From contig NC_068994.1 of assembly GCF_001194135.2 (NCBI RefSeq), positions 22,882,914-22,946,913 of the forward strand: a stretch of DNA of 64,000 nt, written 5' to 3'. Positions 1 through 12,023 of this stretch are shown one piece after another. A model generated the notes under the pieces. That model made no database searches. It saw only the letters and a program-made list of their open reading frames with translations, and was not told the origin of the DNA. Each line of letters starts with the position of its first letter. The first letter of the stretch is position 1. The DNA is from Octopus bimaculoides. Lineage: Eukaryota. The translations under genes and the position numbers were made by a program.

Positions 1-608
1 AACTTCCTGTTTTAAAGTTATCTAAGAACTTCCTATAAAAATTTCATGTTAATTTATGTTCCAATCATCAGTTTAATAATTACAAATTTACTTTGATATA
101 TTCTTCATTTGCAAACTTAATTGAAAGAAAAACACTATTTCAACAGAAATATGGCAACAAAAGGGATAATGACATAGGGAAGTTCACATTCCGAGCCAAA
201 TCGAGTGAGTTAAACGCAAGGGTTTGAATGACTTTTTAAGTCTATCATTTATTGGCATACGAAGAGTACTTACTAGTAAAGAGTATTGCATAGAAGTTCA
301 AATTTGTTTCCTAAAGGAGTCAAATGGTGAAATGTGTAATGATGAAATTTATTATTTTTATGTAAATTACATTTGACTTTTAAATATTCCAGTCTTATTA
401 CAATTACATTTTTGTGATAATTTTTTAGTTGTAAAATCTGTGAGTGTTTTGGTTACTATGATGAAATGTAGACTCCCATATATTTTTTCTAAAACCTTAA
501 TTTTTCTAACCCTTAATAAATATTTTAAGCGATTCCAAAATTTGTGATATCTTTCTTTCACTTTTTGTGATATGATCAGTTGGATAGGTTGTAACAAGTA
601 TTATTATT

Positions 609-830
609 AAAGCAGTGAACTAGCAGAATTGTTAGCATGCTGGGCAAAATGCTTAATGGCAATTTGTCTGTTTTTATGTTCTGAGTTCAAATTCTGTCAA
701 GGTTGACTTTGCTTTTCATCGTTCCAGAGTTGATAAAGTACCAGATGAACACGGGTTGATGTAATCGACTTATCCCCTTGCCTGAAGTTGTTAGCTTTAT
801 GCTAAAGTTTTAAACTATTGTTATTATTAT
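609..830 (+). mobile_element. tRNA-derived SINE, family A
   Basis: A-box-like TAGCAGAATTGTTAG, B-box GAGTTCAAATTC and (ATT)n tail; homologous copies recur across the window. Confidence 0.8.
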
Positions 831-841
831 TAGTAGTAGTA

Positions 842-1140
842 GTGGAGGGCACATGGTCTATTGGTTAGGGAGGGTGCTGCACTCACAATCTAGCAATCGT
901 GATTTCATTTCCTAGACCTGGTGGTGCGTTGTGTTCTTGAGTAAAACACTTCATCTTGCATTGCTCTGCAATCACTTGGATACCTGATGCATGGTACACT
1001 GTGCACCTGTTCAGACAACATCAATTTGATGGAGAGAGTGAGCTAATGTGCAATACGAACACTTGATCATTATAAACAAATCATTTGTGCAGGTTATCCG
1101 GCAAAAGCTGAATGCTCATACGTTGTCTTTAATAGGAGAG
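842..1140 (+). mobile_element. tRNA-derived SINE, family D (GTGTTCTTGAGyAAAACAC core)
   Basis: tRNA-like head plus a central box shared with minus-strand copies at 6142-6374 and 44190-44412. Confidence 0.65.
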
Positions 1141-1156
1141 TCCATCAGTAGCAGTT

Positions 1157-1355
1157 GTGGCAAGCTGGCAGATTCATTAACATACTGGACAAAACACTTA
1201 GCATTTTATTCATCTTTACATTCTGAGTTCAAATACCTCTGAGGTTGATTTTGCCTTTCATCTTTTTGAGGTTGATGAATAAGTACCAGATGAACACTGT
1301 AGTTGATTTAATCAACTAGCTCCTTCCACACAAAATTTCAGGATTATTATTATTA
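1157..1355 (+). mobile_element. SINE family A
   Basis: GTGGCAAGCTGGCAG head, CTGAGTTCAAAT B-box, ATT tail. Confidence 0.75.
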
Positions 1356-2036
1356 ATCATTGGATGGTAGTGTAGTAGTAAAATTATTAGAGCTCTGGGA
1401 CAAAATTTCTGACACTATTTTTGTTTATATTTCAGTTGAAATCCTTTTGAACCAAGTGTTGGGCATGAACTGTATTTGATTCAATGATGTGTTCTTGTCC
1501 TCTTGAAAGAGATTGGTAATATACATGTAATTATAAGATTACATGTATTTAAATTTGAAAAAAGATCAACTCTTTGAAGTTTTCTTTGGTTACTTATTAA
1601 CCCTTTTTGTTATTTGATATTATATACAAAAGTTAGCAACAATAATTTAACTCTAAAAAAATGGTTTCAAACAGCCAGACTTCTTGTTCTGTTAGTACTG
1701 CTTGTATGTATTTTTTTTTAAAGTTGGTAGCTATTAAGTTATTCAGTTGGTAATTACATGATTGCATTGTAAGGTGAAAATGTTTATGAATAGCTTCAGT
1801 TGATTTTCAATGAGTTGATTCATATTGTATATGTTAATAGTATGATCTTTGTTGTATATGCTAATGAAATGTGCTTCAGTGTGGTTTCTTTGTGCAAAGT
1901 GAGAACACAAGTTAACCTGAAACAGCCCAAGCATTGTTGGCTTAAGTCACTTCACTTCGGCTATGATATAACTATCTTTGTTTAACCCTGATTGGAAATA
2001 CCTATGGTCAAAGACGTTTCAGTTGTAACCATTCTG

Positions 2037-2079
<43 letters not shown>

Positions 2080-2546
2080 TTTCAGACATAATGGGACTTA
2101 AGATTTTGCTATCTAATGTGTTGTTTCTCACCTAAAATAGTAGGGTATGTTTCAAAGGAAATTTAGTTGCTCTTTCTAACAAGTCTGGAAAATGAGACTG
2201 GTAGACTAGTTTAACACTAACTTGCCATCATGGGTGCTTTTAGTGGTGTCCATCCTGTTGCAAGTATTCAAGTCAGGTCTCTGCTTTGAGGATACTGTCC
2301 TCTCCCTTTCACTCCAGTTTTGGAAGCCCTGTAATGGCTTATGGATACTGCTTTTCTTCTTGATTAAAAGATAAAATTTTTTTCTTTTTTTAAATCGTGT
2401 AGAAGTAACTTCCGGCCTCTAAATCTTACATTTGTGTGAAATCAATACAAAATTGTCATATACCAGTATTGGCATATACTGGAATTATAAATTTATGCTT
2501 ATTGAGTCTTTAAAAAAAAAATTTAGTGAATAATTTCCTTATTATT

Positions 2547-3180
2547 AAGGTGGCAAGCTGGCAGAATCGTTAGTGTGCTGGACGAAATTCTTAGCAGTAT
2601 TTTGCCCATCGCTATGTTCTGAGTTTGAATTCCGCTGAGGTTGACTTTTGGGGTTGATAAAATAAGTACCAGTTGAACTTTGGGGTTCATGTAATTAGCT
2701 CATCCCCTCCCCCAAAATTGCTGCCCTTGTGGCAAAATTTGAAACCATTATTATTATAAAGGTAGTGAGCTGGCAGAATCGTTACTGCTCCAGGCAAAAT
2801 ACTTGGCAGCATTTCGCCTGTCTTTAATGTTCTAAGTTCAAATTCCACCGATGTTGATTTTTTGCCTTTCATCTATTTATGGTCAATAAAATAAGTACCA
2901 GTTAAGCACTAGAGTCAATGTAATCAACTTACCCCATCCCCTGAAATTGCTGGCCTTGTGCTAAAATTTGAAATCATCATCATCATCATTATTATTATTA
3001 GTAGTAGTAGGGAAAAATACTTTGTGGGAATTCTCCTGGCTGTTATGAGTTCAAACACTATCAAAGTCAAGTTTGCCTTTTCAGGTTGATAAAATATAGT
3101 ACTAGTCAAGTATTGGGATCAGTGGTATCAACTGATCCCAGCCATCTCATAATTACTAGCCTTGTACCATTATTATTATT
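2547..3180 (+). mobile_element. Three head-to-tail SINE family A copies (2547-2760, 2761-2995, ~3020-3180)
   Basis: Repeated GCTGGCAGAATCGTTA...GTTC(T/G)AAATTCC...AAAATTTGAAA units, each ending in (ATT)n. Confidence 0.85.
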
Positions 3181-3319
3181 ATTTACTTTGACAGGTATCA
3201 TATAAAATTAAGTTAAAGTACTATTAAGTTGAATTATGTTGTGGGGTATGTTCACTAAGACACTGGAACAAGTTTTAATGAGATAAAACTTTGCTTAGCC
3301 AGATCAACTGAGTTTAAAC

Positions 3320-3661
3320 CAGTGAGTGTCAACCAGGGTCCATATGACCCCTGTGGGTCCATATAAGGTTTTGGGCATCCACACTAGCAAAATAGTCAAT
3401 TGGAGATTGACTGTAATATCTTAAGTTCCCACGTAAAGTTTTGATTTGAATGTATCTATTGCAAGAAACAGCTAGATTTCTTTCTCTAACACTTTACATA
3501 GTTCAACTTATGAAAATTATTGTGTGAATAACAAAGTAGGAATTTTGAAGGCAGTATCTATATAACTAATTTTTACACATCAAATGGCAATGGGAGCCCA
3601 CCAGAATAAAATAGTTATCAAAGGGGTCCATAGATAAAAAAAAAATGGTTGAGAACCACTG
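3320..3661. mobile_element. hAT/Charlie-like MITE
   Basis: Imperfect TIRs CAGTGAGTGTCAACC...GGTTGAGAACCACTG and internal GGGTCCATA repeats; second copy at 45069-45408. Confidence 0.7.
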
Positions 3662-4671
3662 GTAAGAATAAAAAAAAAAGATTCAGATTTCTCTGTATGT
3701 AAATTCATCTTATATTGACATATTAAGAACACTTGTTATGGAAATAAGAGAAGTGCTTTATAGAAAAGGTTCGAATTTATTTCCTAAAAGAGTTGTATGA
3801 CAAAACTTGTAATGATGAAATTATTTTTCTTTGCAAACTGGATCTGAGCTTTGAAAATTCTGGTCTTTGGTTACTGCTTTGCACATCTTATTTCTGGCTG
3901 GTATCCAAGACCTTTAGAAGGAGGATATTTTTAGATTGATATACTCATACCTTACATGAAACTGAGACTTTCAGTGATGATCCATAAGCACCAAAAGATG
4001 AAGAAACTTATGATTTAATATTGGTTTCTGCCTGAAAGAAAGACTGAATTTAGTACTTTAAGCTAACAAAACGTCACTATTTGAATGCAGTGAGTATTAC
4101 ATAATTCAGTTGGACCAAGCTATTGAAAGTTTAGAAATTTTTCTGAGTCTTAGTAGAACAGCAGCCATCAACCTTCCAGCTTGTAAGCCACCATCTTACA
4201 AATTTGGTAGCTGCAGGTCTCAAGATAACCAATATTTCTTTAAGAAAATGTAATTTTTTGTGTAGGGTCTGCATGAAGAAGACTTATAGAATATGTTACC
4301 TTGAATCTGAAAATTAGTTAACATAGCTTGAAATCTGGTGTCTGAACAGCAGATATAGAAGGATTATTGTGAACTTTCACATTTATACAAATAAGAAGAA
4401 TTCCTGCAATCCCATTGTATCAAAGGTTATGTGATAATTTTTAATGAAATGGTTGAAGAGACTAAGAGTAAACAACTATACTAAATAGGCTTGAGCATAT
4501 TATAAAGAAATTCATACAAGGGAGTGGAATAGCTCTCAAAATTTGAGCTTAGTTTTAATGCATGTCTGTCGAGTGTTCAGCCACTTGCACATTAATTTCA
4601 TGAGCATGCTGTTCCATTGCTTGAATCAACTGGAACACTCATCATCATAACCAACAGAGTGCCAGATATAC

Positions 4672-4726
<55 letters not shown>

Positions 4727-4764
4727 ACATATATATATAATCATACATATACACACACATATAT

Positions 4765-6112
4765 ATAACATTGATAACAAAGAGGAGAGTGGAGAGTTTA
4801 TTCACATCCAAAAATGTCTTTATTCAAAAGTTTTCTACAGCATATTCATCTGACCTACATATGTTTCGACTGCACATTGCTTTATATGCAATTATGCATT
4901 CTAGTCATTGCAATTTCATCAAGGGTCCTTCACTTAGAACAGTTTCAAAGTGAACTGATTCAAATAAGTGTCCTGTGTTGCTATTTATATTTGATGGATT
5001 GCTGGTCTTATAATCACCTCTGCTAGTATTACAGTTTAAGTGTGGTTTTAAAAATGTTTATTCAGTTTTCAATTAATTCTGGCAGTTTTGTTTACATGTT
5101 GCTGCATGGAGTCCATTATTTATTCAGAGGTATTTTACTTATTTTCGGTTTATACCCTCAATGTTGTTATTATTAGTATTATTAGTATAAATATCATTTA
5201 TTATTACATCATTACTGTAACTAGCATAATTACTATACATCGGGAGCTATGTTTATTTAAATTGCTTAAATGTTTATCTTCTCAAGTGTGGACATCTTAG
5301 AGCCTGTTTCTGTCGTGTTTTATAAGAGTAAATTTAGAAGTGAACATTTGGTACATTTCTTCCAGACAAATTCACATCTTCCGCACAAAGGTCACATCTA
5401 TTATCATCTATTCTATAAGGTTTTGCCTTACTAATTATTTCCCAGCCAATTGCATATACTTTGCTACTAACTTTTAGTGTCTAAATTAGTTTAAGGCTAG
5501 TAGTATTCATTTTGCCCCTATAATATAACATGAGCTGTACTCCCTATTTTCTCAGGTAACCTTACATCTGTATACAATATTTTTATGCCTACAGTTAGAG
5601 TTAAGCAGGCAAACCCTCTTCCTTGCACAGTTGCATTTGATAGTTCTACTACTTCCATTAACAGTTCCTGCTTCAGCTTCTCTAGAGGCGATTTCTAAAT
5701 TCTCCTGCCTTTCATCTAAGCTATTATTCTTTCCCACATAGATAACATTCTGAGTACTGTACTTTCTAAGATTCATACCTTCCACTTCCAAGCTAATGTG
5801 GGAGTTTGTTCGGGTAGCTTTTGTTTGATTGGTTGTCAAACCATAGTTTGTATCCTGATACCTAGTTGGGTTACCTATGGTTTGGTTGCTTATGTTGACA
5901 TTGTTGCTATTTATTGACCTATACTTATTATTCTGGTTACTGTTGTTGTTATTGTATATATGGAAACTGGTTAATCCACTTGCGTTGTGTGCTGCTATAA
6001 TTTGTGCTAGATTTCTGCTATTAAAAAATGTTAGTCTAATTCTATGTTTATTAAATACTCTATAGTATTTACTGTCTTTTGGAAAATGTTTAGCCAATCC
6101 TGAATAGAACAA
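4765..6112 (-). mobile_element. Penelope-like element 3' remnant (GIY-YIG region, 3' UTR/pseudo-LTR)
   Basis: Translation gives LAKHFPKDSKYYRVFNKHRIRL..., CNCARKRVCLLNSNCRHKNIVYRCKV and, after a break, IGWEIISKAKPYRIDDNRCDLC, matching PLE thumb/endonuclease motifs. A hammerhead motif lies downstream on the same strand. Confidence 0.8.
4852..4927 (-). ncRNA. Decayed minimal type-I hammerhead ribozyme motif (PLE pseudo-LTR)
   Basis: Minus strand GACC-CTTGATGA-AATTGCA...TGCAGTC-GAAA-C-ATAT-G-TA-GGTC. Stem I GACC/GGUC is perfect; the core has one extra nt. Confidence 0.6.
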
Positions 6113-6141
6113 TTTAGATTTAATTTTTTACCTTTTTGAAC

Positions 6142-6374
6142 CATGCCAGACTCATAAGGGCCGGTTTCCCAGTTTCAGTGGTGTATATATTCTCCACCTG
6201 GATGGGACACCGATCTGTTGTAGAATTACTCATTTTTACCAGCTGAATGGACTGGGACAATGTGAAATAAAGTGTTTTGCTCAAGAACACAATGCATCAC
6301 CTGGTCCAGGAATCAAAACCACAATCTTATGATCATGAATCCAACACCCTAACCACTAAGCCATGCACCTCCAC
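6142..6374 (-). mobile_element. tRNA-derived SINE (family D-type head)
   Basis: Reverse complement starts GTGGAGGTGCATGGCTTAGTGGTTAGGGTG and has GTGTTCTTGAGCAAAACAC. Confidence 0.75.
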
Positions 6375-6445
6375 AATTTAGGTATATTGGAAATTATTTG
6401 TTTTCCAAAAGGAATTATATACCACTCCATTTGCTAGAGGTATCT

Positions 6446-6567
6446 ATTGCATACAAAGCAATGTACAGTTGCTGCATATGTAGGTCAGATGAATATGCTG
6501 TGGAAAACTTAAAGAAATTTTTGGATGTAAATAAAATCTCCACTTTCCTCTTTGTTATCAATGTTAT
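6446..6567 (+). repeat. Inverted partial copy of the PLE pseudo-LTR at 4765-4895
   Basis: Shares ATTGCATA.AAAGCAATGT.CAGT...CATATGTAGGTCAGATGAATATGCTGT...CCTCTTTGTTATCAATGTTAT; hammerhead GAAA mutated to GCTG. Confidence 0.8.
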
Positions 6568-6765
6568 TAAATACTCTATGGATTATTTTAAATTCTGAAT
6601 AGGAACACGGAATTACCCAATGAGTGAAGTTACCAGTACCTAGTATCTCTTTCTAAGCTTGAGTACTATTTGAAGACCATTGTGAATAGCTGACATTTAA
6701 ACCAATTTGAGAGATAGTATGGTGTCCGCCAGGAAAGCTTTTCCACTTTATGCTCTCCCTCTCTC

Positions 6766-6798
<33 letters not shown>

Positions 6799-7570
6799 NN
6801 NNNNNNNNNNNNNNNNNNNNNNNNNNNNNNNNNNNNNNNNNNNNNNNNNNNNNNNNNNNNNNNNNNNNNNNNNNNNNNNNNNNNNNNNNNNNNNNNNNNN
6901 NNNNNNNNNNNNNNNNNNNNNNNNNNNNNNNNNNNNNNNNNNNNNNNNNNNNNNNNNNNNNNNNNNNNNGACATATAAGGTGTCAAGATTCAGTAATCTT
7001 TTGGCTATCAAATAAACTCTATTTTCATTTACATATTTTCTACGTTATCTCAACAACCAGCTTTAGTTATTTGAAAGATACTACTCTAAAACGACCAGGT
7101 TTCATTAAAAAGTGAAAATAGTTTCACACTTTCAATTTGAACCAAAATTACAAGAGTGATGATGTGTGAATAATGAAAGTAATGTTTCTCCAAATTAGTG
7201 ACATCTGTGCTATAATAAAGAAAGCTGCTTATTAAAGGCTACCAAATAAACTATGATTTTGGCACAAGTCTTTTTTACTCCTAAAATAACCTTGGAAACG
7301 AGGTCAGGTTGCACAATTTTGAGGTCATTTTTGGGCAATATTTCGATTTGCTTCTAATATTTCACTTTTGTCAGCTGTTTCATGCATGCATAAAATTCTA
7401 CTCAGACAAACATTTATGAAAATGTACACTTAAATATTGTATTAAAATAAGCGACAACCAAAACAATTTCATTAAAAGACATCCATTTCTTCATGTTATG
7501 AGGAAATACAGTCACTCTCTCTCTCTCACTTGCTCATGCACACATACATGCAAAAAAGATGTGCATACAT

Positions 7571-9590
7571 ATCATTCACACATGGTAGTGTATGAATAGT
7601 GTTCTTAAGGTCACCATTTACTCACTTGCGACCACTTCTAGGCTTTGTCACTAATTCAGTTTGTAACCAAATTAGATAATGTTTGCATTTTTAGATTGGT
7701 TACATCCTAAGTTACATTTTACAACTACAAAATTTGGAAATTGCTTTGGTAGAAAAAAAGTTTCAGTAAAATATGTGAGGTCAAAAACGGGAGAGTAACG
7801 CTTGAAATCGACTTTGGGTCCAAATAATTTTTTTTTTAAAGAAATCTATAGTTTATTTTAGCTTTTATGATAGATCTCAGTGAGAGGAATCTATCCATGT
7901 TAGTTATATGCAAAAATATTCATTAGAAAAAAGTACTGAGGTAAAAACTGGTGCAAAAAAAAAAACAAAGGAAATGCCTAAAATTGAGTCTGGCTCCAAA
8001 TATTATTATTCTTTCAAAAGAAATCTATATTTAAATGCAACTTTTCTGATAGATCTCCATTAGATGAATCCAATGATGCCAATTTTGTCCAAAAAAAAAA
8101 ATTTTTAATAAAATAAATACTATTGGGGTAAAATGTGCTGAAAACAGAGGCAACGCCTAGGATCAAATTCAGAACCTAAAAAGTTTTTTTTCTTACCTCA
8201 TATGATAGAATTCATCAAGACAAGTGTCACGGTGCTAATCTTTTCAAAAAATATTCACATATGGTAGTGTGTGAATAACATTCTTAAGGTTAACATTTAC
8301 CCATGACTACTAGGTTTTTGTTACTAACTCAGTTTTTAACCAAATTAGATGATATTTACATTTTTAGATTGATCACATCATAAGCTATATTTCGAGCTAA
8401 CAAAATCTGAAAATGGGTTCAGTAGAAAAAAAAGTTTGAGTCAAATATGTGAGGTGAAAAATGAGAGAATAATGCCTGAAATCGACTTTGAGTCCAAATA
8501 TTTTGTTTTTTTTTAACTAAATCTATATTTTATTTTAACTTATATGATAAATCTCTATAACAGGAATCTATCCATGTTAGTTATATGCAAAAATATTCAG
8601 TAGAAAAAGTACTGAGGTAAAAGTTGGCGATAAGAAAGGAGATTAATGCCTGAAATCAACTTTGACTCCATATATTATTCTTCTTTCAAAAGAAAACTAT
8701 ATTTAAATTTAACTTTTCTGATAGGTCTTGACTACAAAAATCCCATGATGCTAATTATATACATAAAAAATTTAAATAAAAAAACTACTGGGGCCAAATG
8801 TACCAAAAACAGTGATAACACCTAAAAGCAAATTCAAAACCTAAACATTTTGTTTTTGTTTAGCTCATATGATAGAACTCATCAAGACAAGTGGCGTGGT
8901 GCTAATCTTTTCAAAAAATATTCAAAATGAAAAAAGTTATTATATAAGCTAAATGTGCCAAAAGTACGTAAAACAATTTTCAAGTAATATCGTTACTTAA
9001 TACAGTACTAAGACGACGAGCTGGCAGAGTCGTTAACATGCAGGTTGAAAGCTTTGTGGCATTTCGTCTGTTTCTATGTTCTGAGTTCAAATTCCGCCAA
9101 GGTCGTCTTTGCTTTTTATCTTTTCGGTACTCGATAAAATGAGTATCATCTGAGCACTGAGGTCGATGTAATCAACTTCCCTCCCCTCTGGATTTAATGG
9201 CCTTCTGACAAAATTGGAAACCAACATTGCAAAATGTTTGATTCAATTCAGTATTTAGGTATCTTGCAAAGATCTACCTCATATTCATAGAATACACTAT
9301 ACTGTAGTACATATATATTGTAATAAATATCATTCACACATGGCAGAGTGTGAATAATATTCCTAAGGTCAACATTTACTCACTCACGACCACATCTAAT
9401 CTTTGTCACTAATTCAGTGTTTTACCAAATTTGATGATGTTTATACATGGTTAGAGTGGTCACCTCCTAAGCTACATTTTGAGCTACAAAATTTGAAATT
9501 TCAGTAGTAAAAGTTCAGTAGAAAAAAAGATGAGATTTCAAATATCTGGAGGTCAAAAAGGGGAGAATGACACCTGAAATTGACTTCAGG
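7571..9590. repeat. Higher-order tandem repeat: two ~680-bp units, each with ~175-bp subrepeats, plus a third partial unit (9329-9590)
   Basis: Unit heads ATTCACA(C/T)ATGG..GTG(T)GAAT near 7574, 8254 and 9332. Subrepeat motif GCCTGAAATCGACTTT-like near 7800, 7975, 8150, 8470, 8645, 8815 and 9570. Confidence 0.8.
9010..9225 (+). mobile_element. SINE family A
   Basis: GAGCTGGCAGAGTCGTTAA head, GAGTTCAAATTCCGCC B-box. Confidence 0.8.
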
Positions 9591-10932
9591 GATATACACA
9601 TGACGCTGCATACATACTTTTGTAAATACACACATACACATAAGTAACTTTTAAAATACTTATGAAGGGAAACAAAGGTGACAGTGACGAATACGTAGCT
9701 TTAAAGAGAGATGGGGTAAGTTGACAACAATTGATGACAAGTGGACTCTTTTCTGCTGTCCATCATAAATAAACACACACACACACACATCTTTATTGCA
9801 GAAAAATGTTACTGAGGTTTAAAGTTTAATCATTTTCACCTAATCAGAAAACAGGATTTAGAAGCTAGCATTTTCTGCGTTATAGTTGTCTATCACAAAA
9901 CGAAACCAAAATCATTATACAAGGAGGAATTTTTATTAAACAAATGAACGCAAAGCGTTATGACGACCTAAGTTGTAAGAACTTCTGAAGTTTTAACAAG
10001 TCTTTTGCTTGCTTTTTAAACTTTAATTCAATATTAAGAGTATCAGAATTTAGATGATTATTTCTTAGGATAATTTGACAAGGTCTTTGCTTTCAGATAG
10101 TATGATTGGATTTTCAGACTAACAAAATTTAGATTTTTTATTTTCAGGCAAGTTGACAAGGACAGTAGCTGAATTGCAGGCTTTATTTTTTTTATTTTAC
10201 ATGAATTTCGACTAACAAACTAACATTTCCCCCAACAAGAGCAAGTGGCTCCTCCTACCTCACTGTGGATGCATTGGCTATTTTTGCATTTTTAAAAATC
10301 TTATATTAGCCATGGCTTTACTATTCCTATGATCATATTATCTTCTTACTATAATAGTTGATATATTCTCATACCTCTTCTTGCTAACTCTTCTTATTAT
10401 ATATAGATATAACTCATTTATTTCTTGATTTTATAATAAAATTAGTATTCACTATTATATAGAAAATTATCAAAATAATTTTTTAAAGTAAATTTTAAAA
10501 TTTTTTGTATTTTTTAATAGATGAGCTTGAAATCAGTTTATGGAAAGTGGATTATATTTTATTTATAGAAATTGGAGTTTTAAATTGGTTTATGAGAATT
10601 AGATNNNNNNNNNNNNNNNNNNNNNNNNNNNNNNNNNNNNNNNNNNNNNNNNNNNNNNNNNNNNNNNNNNNNNNNNNNNNNNNNNNNNNNNNNNNNNNNN
10701 NNNNNNNNNNNNNNNNNNNNNNNNNNNNNNNNNNNNNNTTTTATATTAGCCAATGCAGTGAAACCCTGTCCAGATAATTTTTTTTTATTTTTAGAATTTA
10801 AGAAAAAATATGTGAAAATTAAAAAAACAAAATAAACTTATTTTAATTCAATCAACAATGAAAAATAATTCAAATATTTTTTAACAAAAGAATATTTATT
10901 AGTTTTATTATATTGCCTGGAAACAAAAGTGG

Positions 10933-12023
10933 ATTACAATGAAAAATGCGGGCGCATGCATGTTAATATTCTTAAGTTATTACACCTGGGAAAGTACAGA
11001 GCAAAATTTCTCCAGTAGAATTTGTTTAATTCGTCACCTCTGAAGGAAACTAAAAAGTACTTAAAATTAAAATTCTACTGTACTTAAAATATTGCAGCCA
11101 AGAATAACATTTTTAAAATTAAAATGATTTATATTATATTGAGATAATTTATTTTATTTATTATGAGAATCTAAAAGACAAGTAAATTTCTAAGAACAGG
11201 GTACAAAAATAATCAAAAATAAACTTTAAAAATTTTTTAAATCATAGCTTTTGAAATACACAATTAAGATAGTCATTTTATTTAGTTATATCAAGTACAA
11301 ACAATAAAATATGAAGTTGTTAAAAATATTGCACAAGATTTCTTTTTCACTTGAATTGAAATCCCATTACATAAAAACATTGATTGCAGTAGAATGGTCA
11401 TTAAATTGTTTCAGATCAACCATGTGCTCTGTCAATTCTTCCACATTAAAAACAAACAAAAAATTAAGATGACAAATAAATCATAAGTAAAATTTATTAA
11501 TTAGCAATAATACAGAATTAGCCTAATTCATTTTTGGCTAATTTGTTACTTCACCTAAATTTGTACTTCACCTAAATTGTCACTTACAATTTTCTTCTAG
11601 GGTGACTAATTAGGTGAATTATACAGTATTTTTAAAAAATTAATTTTATTATATTTCATTTTTAAAATACTGCTTTTACTAAAAATACAGACTTAAATAT
11701 TTTTTTTCTGAAAATAATAAAAATTACTGGGGCTGTACATGAAAAGAGTTTCTGAATATAAGCCCCATAGGCTTAAAATCAGATAGGGTTATTTTTGGAA
11801 AAACCCAGCAATGTTTTTATAATTTTTGTTTTAATAAAATATAGTAAATTTTAGAAATGTTATTCTTGGTTGCAATATTTTAAGTACAGTAGAATTAAAA
11901 TTTTAAGTACTTTTTATATTCCTTTAGTGGTGATGAATTAGGCAAATTCTACTGTTCTGTAATTTTCCAGGTGTATTAACTTAGGAATATTAACATGCAT
12001 GTGCCTGCATTTTTCATTGTAAT
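10933..12023. mobile_element. Foldback/MITE-like element with ~185-bp imperfect TIRs
   Basis: 10933-11120 is the imperfect reverse complement of 11847-12023 (ATTACAATGAAAAATGC.GGC.CATGCATGTTAATATT...AAAAAGTACTTAAAATT). No TSD identified. Confidence 0.75.

Noticed and set aside
7571-9590. CRISPR-like array
   Set aside because: Eukaryotic context; the units are long, diverged tandem repeats without unique spacers.
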